From Verrucomicrobiota bacterium (GTDB taxonomy: Bacteria > Verrucomicrobiota > Verrucomicrobiia > Verrucomicrobiales > Akkermansiaceae), in NCBI GenBank assembly GCA_004293445.1, contig RDYP01000001.1, positions 270,754 to 334,753 on the forward strand: 64,000 nt of DNA, read 5' to 3'. The notes below the pieces were generated by a model. That model was not told the DNA's origin and ran no database searches. It saw nothing but the letters and a program-made list of their open reading frames with translations. Shown piece after piece: positions 56,066-64,000 of the stretch. The translations under genes and the position numbers were made by a program. Positions within the stretch are counted from its first letter, which is position 1, and each line of letters opens with the position of its first letter.

Positions 56066-56087
56066 CTTTCACTTCCCACGACTCCAG

Positions 56088-58136
56088 ATGCGCACTTCAT
56101 CCATTGCCACACTCCTCCTTGCAGCCACTCTGCATGCCGAGCCCGATTTGACCCGCGAAGCCGAAACCACCGGCGACCGCACTCCCACCGATGCTTACGG
56201 CGGCAATAGGAAAGTCGCCCAACCGCTCACGCCCGACGCGGCAAAAGTCCCCTACCTCATTCCCGATTCCATCGATCCCGGACCCTTCGCGCCCAACTGG
56301 GGCAGCTTTACATCCGACAAGCTCAAGCACGAACCCGACTGGTGGCGCGAGGCGAAGATCGGCGTCTGGTTCCACTGGGGCCCGCAATCGATGGGCCGCA
56401 ACGGCGATTGGTATGCCCGCTTCCTCTACCAGCAAGCCCCTGAAGGACGGCAAGGCCGGGCAAACAACCGCTGGATGTACGATCAGCACTTGAAGCAATT
56501 CGGCCATCCCTCCGAATTCGGCTACATGGACGTGCTCAACGCATGGAAGGCTCCCAAGTTTGACGCCAAGAAGTTGATGGACCTCTACGCCAAATCCGGT
56601 GCGCGCTACATCCTCGTCCAAGGTGCCCACCATGACAATTTCGACCTCTGGGACTCGAAGTTCCAACCCTGGAACTCGGTCAATGTCGGCCCGAAGCGCG
56701 ACATCGTCGGCGAGTTGTTCACCGAAGCCCGCAAACACGACTTCCGCACCGGCATGGCCTTCCATGCCGACTACTCGCTCTGGTGGTTCCAGACGGCATT
56801 CGGCGCCGACAAGACCGGCCCCAAGGCGGGTGTTCCCTACGATGCCGCAACCCGCAGCAAGGAGGACGGCAAGGGCAAATGGTGGGAAGGACTCGACCCG
56901 AAGGACCTTTATGGCATCGACCTGCAGGCGGAAACGCTTCCCGGCCAAAACATCCGCGATGGGTTCTTCACGCCTGTTAGAGACCTATTCGTCGATCCCG
57001 CGAACCGCAAGTTTGCCGAAGCCTATACCCTCAAATGGTTCCGCCGCGTGAAGCAGTTCGTCGACGACTACGACCCGGACATGCTTTACACCGACGGCAC
57101 CGAGCCCTTCACCGGCAGCGGCACGGCCAAAGGCGTGATCAGTGACGCCACCGTGAAGGCGGTCGCCCACATGTACAACCGACGCGCGGCCAAAAACAGT
57201 GGCGAAGTCGATTGCATGGCTGTCATCAAAGGCGGACCGCGCATTACCGGCATCGCCGCGCCGCACGAAAACGGCTACACCGGCCCGATCAAGCGCGACC
57301 CTTGGGTTTGGGAAAACACCCTCGGCGAGTGGTTCTTCGAGGACAATACACTCTACGATAGCCGTAGTATGATCTTCCAGATGATCGAAGCCATCGCGCG
57401 CGACGGGAACTTCAACCTCAACATCGGACTCACACCGGAGGGCGAACTCGAACCCGGTGGGGTGAAAATGTGGCAGGACTTCGGCGAATTCACCCGCCGC
57501 AACGCACCCGCAATCTATGGCAGCAGCGCTTGGAAGACCATCGGTGAGGACGCATCGCTCGGCACGGCTTCCAAATCTGCCGACGTCACGGAAAAGGTCC
57601 GGTCGCTCATCACCGACAAACGACTCGATTTCACCGTGGGAACGCAGATTCTCGGTGGCGATCCTGCGCCTGGCATCCCCAAGACACTCGTCGTGAGCTA
57701 CCGCCTCGACGGCAATCCCGATCTTATCGCCCGCGCGGAGAACGAAGCCTTGCTCATCGCTGGAAACAGTTCGCTTGAAATCCTTGATGCCCGTTTCATG
57801 CCAACACTCGGTGCTTGGATTCCTCGCAGTTTCCCTTCCGGTCCCATTGTGAAAGAGCATGCGGACTTTGCCATGAGCACCAGCGATATCCGCTTCACTC
57901 AGGGCAAGGACGGAGCACTCTACGCCTTCGTGATGGCCGTCCCCAAGGAAGGTGAAACCCTCCGAATCCACAGTCTCGGGAAAATGTTGGGACTCATGGA
58001 TCAGCCGATTGAATCGGTCGCCATACTCGGCTTGGATGGGAAGCTCGAGTGGAGGCAAACGAACGATGCACTTGAAGTGGAATATCCCGCGACCAAGTCA
58101 GCGCTGCCCTTCGCTGTGGTCCTGCGGATTCGCTAA
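56088..58136 (+). CDS. Alpha-L-fucosidase (GH29)
   Basis: 682 aa. The signal peptide is MRTSSIATLLLAATLHA. Motifs include KIGVWFHWGPQS, YAKSGARYILVQGAHHDNFDLWDS and RDIVGELFTEARKHDFRTGMAFH. Confidence 0.8.
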   Translation: MRTSSIATLLLAATLHAEPDLTREAETTGDRTPTDAYGGNRKVAQPLTPDAAKVPYLIPDSIDPGPFAPNWGSFTSDKLKHEPDWWREAKIGVWFHWGPQSMGRNGDWYARFLYQQAPEGRQGRANNRWMYDQHLKQFGHPSEFGYMDVLNAWKAPKFDAKKLMDLYAKSGARYILVQGAHHDNFDLWDSKFQPWNSVNVGPKRDIVGELFTEARKHDFRTGMAFHADYSLWWFQTAFGADKTGPKAGVPYDAATRSKEDGKGKWWEGLDPKDLYGIDLQAETLPGQNIRDGFFTPVRDLFVDPANRKFAEAYTLKWFRRVKQFVDDYDPDMLYTDGTEPFTGSGTAKGVISDATVKAVAHMYNRRAAKNSGEVDCMAVIKGGPRITGIAAPHENGYTGPIKRDPWVWENTLGEWFFEDNTLYDSRSMIFQMIEAIARDGNFNLNIGLTPEGELEPGGVKMWQDFGEFTRRNAPAIYGSSAWKTIGEDASLGTASKSADVTEKVRSLITDKRLDFTVGTQILGGDPAPGIPKTLVVSYRLDGNPDLIARAENEALLIAGNSSLEILDARFMPTLGAWIPRSFPSGPIVKEHADFAMSTSDIRFTQGKDGALYAFVMAVPKEGETLRIHSLGKMLGLMDQPIESVAILGLDGKLEWRQTNDALEVEYPATKSALPFAVVLRIR

Positions 58137-58149
58137 GCCTCCCCATGCG

Positions 58150-58176
58150 GCGACTGGATCGGCCCGATCCAGTCGC
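58150..58176. terminator. Perfect 11-bp hairpin between convergent genes (bidirectional terminator candidate)
   Basis: GCGACTGGATC (58150-58160) pairs with GATCCAGTCGC (58166-58176) across a 5-nt loop. It lies between the fucosidase stop (58136) and the cysS stop (58207). No U-tract follows. Confidence 0.5.
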
Positions 58177-58206
58177 ACGCCGCCCTGTCCCGCCACGGGA
58201 CCCGCA

Positions 58207-59598
58207 TCAGGCCACCGGAGTCAGCTCGTAGCCCTCCTTGCCGTCCTTCATGTTCCAGCCAAGCTCGGTGAGTTGCTGACGCATGCTGTCGGCCTTTGCC
58301 CAATCCTTGGCGCAACGGGCAGCCCATCGTTCTTCGGCGACCGCACGGATCGACGCAGGCACCTCGTGCACCGCTTCCTCTTCTGGCAAAGTAAGACCGA
58401 TCGCCCGCAACACACGATTGAAAGCGGCAAGCGCCTTTGCGGCATCTTCGCCTTCCAGCTTCGCAGCATCGCGAAGCCCTGTGAAAAGGCCACCAAGGCA
58501 GCCCGGCGTATTCAGATCGTCGTTCAAGGAATCCCACGCCGCCTGGAAAGGACCGAAGTCCACCTCGTCGAAACGCGATTCCGCGGGTGCCTTCGCCGCG
58601 AGGGCACGAGCCCCCTTTGCCAGCTTCGCCAGCGCCTCCCGCGCGGCGCCTAGGGAATCGAGGGTGAAATTCAGAGGCTTCCGATAGTGCGCGCCGATCA
58701 ACACGTAACGCACTTCCATCGCACCGAACCCCTTGGCCGCGAGATCCTCGAGCGTGTAAAGATTTCCGATCGACTTCGACATTTTCCCACCATCGACCAA
58801 GAGATGGGCGATATGAAACCAATGAGCTGCGAAATGCCCGCCACAGGCACAACAGCTCTGTGCGATTTCGTTTTCGTGGTGCGGGAAGACGAGATCGACG
58901 CCACCGGAATGAAGGTCGAAATCACTACCGAGGTATTCCTGAATCATCGCCGAGCACTCGAGGTGCCAACCCGGGCGCCCCTCGCCCCACGGCGACGGCC
59001 AGAAGTTCTCCCCATCTTCCGGTTTGCGCGCCTTCCAGAGCACAAAATCCGCAAGGCTGTCCTTTTCATACTCGTCGGAACTCGCACGCGTGTTCTGCGT
59101 CTTGCCGATCGCCAAGTCACGTTCATCGAGGCGGGAAAGCTTTCCGTAGCCGGGAAAGGAAGCGATGTTGAAATAAACCGATCCATCCTCCGATGCGTAG
59201 GCGTGACCCTTCGCGATCAAGGTCTGGATCATTTCGACCTGCTGGGCAATGTGATCGATCGCCCCCGGTTCGACGTGTGGGGGCAACAGGCCGAGCGCGG
59301 CGCAGTCCGCATGAAAGCGCTCCGTCCAGAAAGCGGTGAAATCCCGCAACGACTTCCCGGCAGCCTGCGAATCGCGGATCGTTTTGTCGTCGACATCCGT
59401 GATGTTCCGAACGTGGAAGCTGCGGATGCCACCCGTCTCCAAGCAGCGACGAAAGACGTCCTGAAGCACGAAGGTCCGGAAATTCCCAATATGAGCCGGT
59501 CCGTAAACCGTGGGACCACAGCAGTAGAATCGGAAAGTCCTGCCATCCAAAGGGCGGAGCTCCTTGAGCTCACGGGCCAGCGTGTCGTAAAGCCGCAT
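58207..59598 (-). CDS. cysS: Cysteine--tRNA ligase
   Basis: 463 aa. The HIGH-type motif is GPAHIGNFRTF and the KMSKS motif is GGKMSKSIGN. Confidence 0.95.
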   Translation of the reverse strand: MRLYDTLARELKELRPLDGRTFRFYCCGPTVYGPAHIGNFRTFVLQDVFRRCLETGGIRSFHVRNITDVDDKTIRDSQAAGKSLRDFTAFWTERFHADCAALGLLPPHVEPGAIDHIAQQVEMIQTLIAKGHAYASEDGSVYFNIASFPGYGKLSRLDERDLAIGKTQNTRASSDEYEKDSLADFVLWKARKPEDGENFWPSPWGEGRPGWHLECSAMIQEYLGSDFDLHSGGVDLVFPHHENEIAQSCCACGGHFAAHWFHIAHLLVDGGKMSKSIGNLYTLEDLAAKGFGAMEVRYVLIGAHYRKPLNFTLDSLGAAREALAKLAKGARALAAKAPAESRFDEVDFGPFQAAWDSLNDDLNTPGCLGGLFTGLRDAAKLEGEDAAKALAAFNRVLRAIGLTLPEEEAVHEVPASIRAVAEERWAARCAKDWAKADSMRQQLTELGWNMKDGKEGYELTPVA

Positions 59599-59772
59599 CG
59601 CCGTGGGATTTAGCGGGTGATCGCTATGAATTCAACCGCGATGAAAGAACTTTCCGCAGCGCGGCAAAGGACGCGACACGATGATGGCGATGAAGGCTCG
59701 TGAGGCGTCGAACCCGCGATGTTCTTCCCCAGCAATCAACCACTCGAGGTGATCAGCCAATGCCCGGGACCT

Positions 59773-59979
59773 TCAGCGCGAGACACGCACCCGATAGAGC
59801 CGGGGTTCGCCTCCCGACTCCACAATCTCGATGGGAATTGTCAGTTCAGCAGCACCAGCCAAAGCCTTGGCTGGCACTCCCGACGCGCGCCCAGCAGGAA
59901 CCGCAGCAGCACCAACCAGAAATTTCCAGGCAAGCAGGGAAAAGGTGGTAAAAATTAGGGCGATCCCAAGATTTCGCAT
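59773..59979 (-). CDS. Possible small secreted or membrane protein
   Basis: 68 aa from the internal ATG: MRNLGIALIFTTFSLLAWKFLVGAAAV... It lies just downstream of an AT-rich promoter-like stretch. No family was recognised, and it may be non-coding. Confidence 0.25.
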   Translation of the reverse strand: MRNLGIALIFTTFSLLAWKFLVGAAAVPAGRASGVPAKALAGAAELTIPIEIVESGGEPRLYRVRVSR

Positions 59980-60020
59980 GCGCTCAAGCACGGGTGTGCA
60001 GTCGCGACAAAAGATAAATT

Positions 60021-60048
60021 TTTACAAATTATCAAGTTTATTTAAAAA
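60021..60048 (+). promoter_or_regulatory. Candidate sigma-70-like promoter in a ~50-bp AT-rich block
   Basis: TTTACA (60021-60026), N16, TAAAAA (60043-60048). The block 60010-60055 is strikingly AT-rich for this DNA and lies between divergent ORFs. Confidence 0.3.
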
Positions 60049-60094
60049 CTTTTGGGGTTCGCGAAGGAACGGTAGCGATGCTTGAATCAAAAGG

Positions 60095-60448
60095 ATGGCA
60101 GCCGACGAACGATCCAAACAGATTCTAGTGGGAACAGCGGTAATCGCCGGGGTGAGCGGCATCCTCGTCTTGCTTGCCGCCGGACGCTACCTACCAGGGC
60201 TTGGCGGCGAGTTCTTCGCGAGAATCCTAGGCACCATCACCACACCCTTCCTGATGGAAATCGCCTTGTTCACCTTGGGTCTGGTGGTGGTCATGACGCT
60301 CAACCAATGGAGGAATCAACGCGAGGGAGACGAGCTCGTTCATCTCGACGAACCTGAAAGCCGACCCGGTGAGCTGGCGGAACAGACTCACGCCGAGGTC
60401 ATGAACGAAGTCAATCCGACCTGCGAAGGCGACACGGCCAAGCGGTAG
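60095..60448 (+). CDS. Small membrane protein, hypothetical
   Basis: 117 aa. Predicted TM segments are ILVGTAVIAGVSGILVLLAA and FLMEIALFTLGLVVVMTL, followed by an acidic C-terminus. Confidence 0.5.
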   Translation: MAADERSKQILVGTAVIAGVSGILVLLAAGRYLPGLGGEFFARILGTITTPFLMEIALFTLGLVVVMTLNQWRNQREGDELVHLDEPESRPGELAEQTHAEVMNEVNPTCEGDTAKR

Positions 60449-60514
60449 ACTCGACGAACGGAATCAAGCAGGGCCGCCAGCCTTGGCACCCCTGCCATCT
60501 CAAGATTCCGCGAT

Positions 60515-61186
60515 TCAGCGCCCACGGCGAGCGGCTTCATCAAGGAAGATCTCAGCAAGCCGGAAGCAGCGGCGTGAAATCTCGCGTGCGTCGTGATCAT
60601 CGATCAACGCGAGTCCCTCCTCGGCCACCTCGGCTTGGAAGATTTTCCATGCTTTTTTGGCAAGCAGATCAGGATCCACCCTCGTGCGGGCACCCGACGG
60701 CTGGTTCGCGGTGGGCTGGCTCACCGCAGCCGAGACGCCATCGGCAGACTGAGATACGAAAGCTTCGCCACCACCGGACCGCTCCAACGGAGACGATTGC
60801 CCGTGGCCCTGTCCCGACTTCTTTTTGCGACGCCGGCGCTTCTTGGAGGACGGACTTGAGTCCTGCGCTGAACCATCGACGAAAAACGGAATGGGGCCCC
60901 CACCCGCGTCACGAAAATCGTTCGGCTCACGTGACTCCCGAGCTTCGCGACCTTCCCGAGGCTCACGCTCTGGAGAAACTTCGCGCTCTGGTCGGATCGT
61001 TTCGCGCCGGACGCGGGGAGCAGATGCCTCGGGTGTCACGACTGCTTGGGTTTCTAAAGGGGCTTCCACCACTGCAGCTACCGATTTGGTCGTGGCGGTT
61101 TTTGCCACCTTCCGGGGAGCGGGCTTCTTGCGCGCTGGCTTGGCTGCGGATGCACCCGCAGCTTGATCGTCGAAATCTTCGCTCAT
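60515..61186 (-). CDS. Highly charged, low-complexity hypothetical protein with a short structured C-terminal domain
   Basis: 223 aa from ATG 61186. It contains a Lys/Ala/Pro-rich segment AAKPARKKPAPRKVAKTATTK, the repeat EREVSPEREPREGREARESREP, the run KKRRRRKKK, and a helical tail LLAKKAWKIFQAEVAEEGLALIDDHDAREISRRCFRLAEIFLDEAA. Confidence 0.55.
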   Translation of the reverse strand: MSEDFDDQAAGASAAKPARKKPAPRKVAKTATTKSVAAVVEAPLETQAVVTPEASAPRVRRETIRPEREVSPEREPREGREARESREPNDFRDAGGGPIPFFVDGSAQDSSPSSKKRRRRKKKSGQGHGQSSPLERSGGGEAFVSQSADGVSAAVSQPTANQPSGARTRVDPDLLAKKAWKIFQAEVAEEGLALIDDHDAREISRRCFRLAEIFLDEAARRGR

Positions 61187-61261
61187 CTTCAGGGAAAGCA
61201 AGCCGATCCCCCGCCGCGACGTCGAGCCCAAAGCCTCGGAAGCGCTGGGTTTCCCTCACAA

Positions 61262-61303
61262 AGAAAAATGGCGCGACCCGGCAGAATGACCGGACCACGC
61301 CAT
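61262..61303 (-). terminator. Candidate intrinsic terminator after the second gspG
   Basis: On the minus strand, ATGGCG (61303-61298) pairs with CGCCAT (61273-61268) around an imperfectly paired GC-rich interior. It is followed by TTTTTCTT (plus-strand AAGAAAAA at 61260-61267). Confidence 0.5.
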
Positions 61304-61323
61304 CAAGAGCAAAATTCGACCGC

Positions 61324-61878
61324 TCAGAAGTTCTTCAAATCATCCGCGCAATCCTTGTGCTTCGGATCAGCGTTCGTTTTGCCGTCCGCACCCGCCGACC
61401 AAAGATCGAAGTCAGGATTCTGTGCACTCGGAGAGTCGCCGGAGCGATAGCGGTAGAAATTCCCCCAAGGATCGAGGATGCGGGCGGTTGCCCCCGTGCC
61501 CTGCATCCAAGCCTGACCGCCCTTACCTTTGCCTACCACGGCATTGTTCTCAGGATCCAACTCGGGCAGATACACCACACCACCGGTATCGCGGGCCTCG
61601 AAGCCATCATAGTAGAGATACTTGTAAAGCACCTCGTCCCCACGATCCCCAGCAGGATCGACCGATGTCGGGTAGGCCCGATTGTCAGACTGATAATTCT
61701 CCAATGCGTTCTCGATCAACTTGATCTGAACCTTGGCCTTCTCGCGGGCATTCTTCTGGTTGACCAGATTGAAACCGCCCAGAGTTAGCCCTGCGAGCAC
61801 GACAATGATGGCGACGACGACGATCAGCTCCATCAAGCTGAATCCTCGGGGGGCGTTGCGTGAAACTCGGATCTTCAT
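61324..61878 (-). CDS. gspG: Pseudopilin, second GspG-type paralog
   Basis: 184 aa. The leader is NAPRG|FSLMELIVVVAIIVVLAGL. The body reads AKVQIKLIENALENY...DPWGNFYRYRSG. Confidence 0.8.
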   Translation of the reverse strand: MKIRVSRNAPRGFSLMELIVVVAIIVVLAGLTLGGFNLVNQKNAREKAKVQIKLIENALENYQSDNRAYPTSVDPAGDRGDEVLYKYLYYDGFEARDTGGVVYLPELDPENNAVVGKGKGGQAWMQGTGATARILDPWGNFYRYRSGDSPSAQNPDFDLWSAGADGKTNADPKHKDCADDLKNF

Positions 61879-61920
61879 AGTGGAACCAATCTTGAGGTCG
61901 AACGAAGCGAGCTCACGGGA

Positions 61921-63213
61921 TCACTGATCACCCATTTCCGAGATGATCTTGATCAGCGGCAGGAAGAGAGCAAAGACCACGGCACCGACGACGAGGGCAA
62001 GAACCACGATCATGATCGGTTCAAGGATCGAGGTCAGCGCGGTGACCGCACTGTCCACTTCGTCGTCATAGACATCAGCCACTTTCAGAAGCATTTCCGG
62101 CAACTGACCCGTCTCCTCTCCAACGTCGACCATTGAAATCACCATCGATGGGAAGACCGGCGAAGTCTGCATCGGGCTAACGATCGATTCCCCCTCTTTA
62201 ACCGCCTCGTGGACCCGATCGATCGCGTCGGAAACGACGACATTCCCCGCGGTATCACGGGTAATGTTCAATGCCTGAAGAATCGGAACCCCGGAAGTGA
62301 CGAGGGTGCCAAGAGTGCGGGAGAAGCGGGCAATGGCGGATTTCCGCTGGATGTCGCCGAAAATCGGTAGCTTGAGCTTGGCGATATCGATCGAGCGGCG
62401 ACCCTTCACGGTCTTGCCCCACGCGTTGCCGAGAACACCAACCAGCACGGCAAGCAGGAAGACCCAGACGATATTCGGAATGATCCCGATGCTCGGCTGG
62501 AGGAAAAACTTCGAGGTTCCGAACACGACCCTTGAAATCAAGGGCAGGTCAGCGCCAGGCCCCATATCCGCGAACATCGCCTCGAACTTGGGCACGATGA
62601 ACAACATCAGGAAAACGAGAATGGCAACGGCGATGAACATGACGATCACCGGATAGACCATCGCCGACACGATCTTGTTCTTCAGCTTGTGAGCCTTCTC
62701 CTGATATTCGGCGAGGCGGACGAGGACGACCTCGAGCACACCGCCGAGCTCGCCTGCCTTGACCATGTTGACATAGAGCTTGTTGAAAATCTTGGGATGC
62801 TGGGCAAGAGCCTCCGAGAAGGTGGAACCCCCTTGGACCGAATCCGCAAGCGCACCGATCGTGCCCTGCAGCACCGGATTCGGCTCTTGCTTTCCGAGCA
62901 CCGTGAGCCCACGCAAAAGCGGCAGGCCGGAATCGATCAATGTCGCCAACTGGCGGGTGAAAATCATGAGCACCTTCGGCTTGATGCGTCCACCGGTGGT
63001 CGCTTTCGAGCCCTTGCCGGCAGAAGACTTACCCTTCTTGGCCGCGGGCTTCTTGGTTGCAGCCAGCTTGCCCTTGCCGGCCTCGACGACCTGCAATGGG
63101 TAGTAATTCTGGGCGCGCAACTGCTGAATGGCCTCGGCCTCGTTGGCAGATTCGATCGTGCCGGAGATCTGCTCGCCCTTGGCATCGGCGGCGGTGAATT
63201 GGAACTGGGGCAT
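61921..63213 (-). CDS. gspF: Type II secretion / type IV pilus platform protein (GspF/PilC family)
   Basis: 430 aa from ATG 63213 (MPQFQFTAADAKGEQISG). Two T2SS-F repeats with three TM segments. Motifs include FTRQLATLIDSGLPLLRGL and FSRTLGTLVTSGVPILQAL. Confidence 0.85.
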   Translation of the reverse strand: MPQFQFTAADAKGEQISGTIESANEAEAIQQLRAQNYYPLQVVEAGKGKLAATKKPAAKKGKSSAGKGSKATTGGRIKPKVLMIFTRQLATLIDSGLPLLRGLTVLGKQEPNPVLQGTIGALADSVQGGSTFSEALAQHPKIFNKLYVNMVKAGELGGVLEVVLVRLAEYQEKAHKLKNKIVSAMVYPVIVMFIAVAILVFLMLFIVPKFEAMFADMGPGADLPLISRVVFGTSKFFLQPSIGIIPNIVWVFLLAVLVGVLGNAWGKTVKGRRSIDIAKLKLPIFGDIQRKSAIARFSRTLGTLVTSGVPILQALNITRDTAGNVVVSDAIDRVHEAVKEGESIVSPMQTSPVFPSMVISMVDVGEETGQLPEMLLKVADVYDDEVDSAVTALTSILEPIMIVVLALVVGAVVFALFLPLIKIISEMGDQ

Positions 63214-63293
63214 GGGGTTGTTTTGAGTCGAGTGTGAAAAATGTGAACGGTGACAAGGAGACTGGCCACTCAAAAGTCGGCCGTCGTCCCGAA

Positions 63294-64000
63294 TCAGGTG
63301 TATTTGAGGACTTCCTCGATGGTCGTGTGGCCTTGGTAGATGTTGCGCAATCCGTCCTCCCGGAGCGTTTGCATGCCGAGCTCCATCGCCTTCTGTTTGA
63401 CCACCACGGTCGGCGCGCGGTCGGTGATGAGCTCGCGAATGGGATCTGAGACATCGAGCAACTCGTAGAGTCCCTTTCGTCCCTTGTAACCGCTATTGCC
63501 GCAGACATCGCAGCCGCGGCCGGTGAAGAAATCCTTGTCGCCGAGTTCGTGCACCGCCACGCCAAGTTGGGTGAGAATGCTCTCATTCGGTTCATAGGAG
63601 GCCTTGCAACTCTTGCAAATGGTGCGGACGAGTCGCTGGGCCAGGACGCCTTCGAGGGAGGCGGCGACCAAGAAGGGCTCGCATCCCATATCCACAAGAC
63701 GCGTGACGGCACCGGGGGCGTCATTGGTGTGCAGGGTGGAGAGAACCAAGTGACCGGTGAGCGAAGCTTGGATGGCAATTTGCGCCGTGTCCATGTCACG
63801 CATTTCCCCGACCATGATACGATCCGGGTCCTGACGCAGGAAGGCGCGGAGAATCCGGGGGAAGGTAAGACCGATCGATTCATTGACCGGAATCTGAATG
63901 ATTCCGTCGATATCGTATTCCACCGGATCCTCGGCGGTCAGGAGCTTCGCATCGATCGTATTGATTCTCCGCAGAGCGGCGTAGAGCGTGGTCGTTTTGC
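63294..64000 (-). CDS. gspE: Secretion ATPase GspE/PilB family, C-terminal part (5' end outside the window)
   Basis: The frame is open to nt 64000 (..[33 protein letters not shown]). The Asp-box/Walker B region is [15 protein letters not shown]. The His box is [13 protein letters not shown]. The tetracysteine motif is CKSC...[12 protein letters not shown]. Confidence 0.9.
   Translation of the reverse strand, partial: KTTTLYAALRRINTIDAKLLTAEDPVEYDIDGIIQIPVNESIGLTFPRILRAFLRQDPDRIMVGEMRDMDTAQIAIQASLTGHLVLSTLHTNDAPGAVTRLVDMGCEPFLVAASLEGVLAQRLVRTICKSCKASYEPNESILTQLGVAVHELGDKDFFTGRGCDVCGNSGYKGRKGLYELLDVSDPIRELITDRAPTVVVKQKAMELGMQTLREDGLRNIYQGHTTIEEVLKYT

Noticed and set aside
59690-59730. A tRNA-like T-arm string (GCGGGTTCGACGCC on the minus strand).
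   Set aside because: The flanking bases cannot form the T-stem, acceptor stem or anticodon arm. No tRNA is supported anywhere in the window by eye; tRNAscan-SE should confirm.

Overview
High-GC bacterial chromosome segment. 60-nt spot counts give about 65-67% GC in housekeeping genes. It is most consistent with Verrucomicrobiota, an inference from a PEP-CTERM anchor, autotransporter-associated beta-strand repeats, GH29/GH78-type glycosidases and many pseudopilins. No rRNA, tRNA or CRISPR was seen. Recognisable core genes are dprA, topB, pyc, ctaA, ribBA, carA, purA, uppS, nadB and cysS. Accessory blocks are interleaved with them. (1) Four tandem ~88-bp units fill the topB-pyc spacer. (2) A lower-GC glycan-decoration cluster at 8.7-14.3 kb holds an FkbM methyltransferase, an SGNH protein, an MBOAT, a DltD-like protein and a GT11 fucosyltransferase. 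(3) A nine-gene, translationally coupled type II secretion / type IV pilus-like operon at 14.4-22.5 kb runs gspG-H-I-J-K-L-M-(PilP/GspC-position gene)-gspD, while gspE-gspF and a second gspG sit about 39 kb away at 61.3-64 kb. (4) A decayed IS3 element lies at 28.1-29.0 kb. (5) A ThuA / 2x Gfo-Idh-MocA / TIM-barrel sugar-oxidation cluster occupies 29.2-33.7 kb. (6) Two uncharacterised secreted proteins are encoded at 42.2-45.5 kb. (7) An AraC-flanked tandem pair of surface proteins at 47.5-50.9 kb shares a near-identical ~190-aa N-terminal module. (8) A fucosidase/rhamnosidase-like cluster spans 51-58 kb. I see no recognisable defence system, retron, DGR or prophage. The best candidates for something new are the MBOAT with two SGNH-type partners, the tandem 88-bp array, the unassigned components of the split secretion system, and the paralogous surface-protein pair. 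All family calls come from motifs read by eye; no database search was run. Many long ORFs in the track are antisense shadow ORFs of this high-GC DNA and were discarded.
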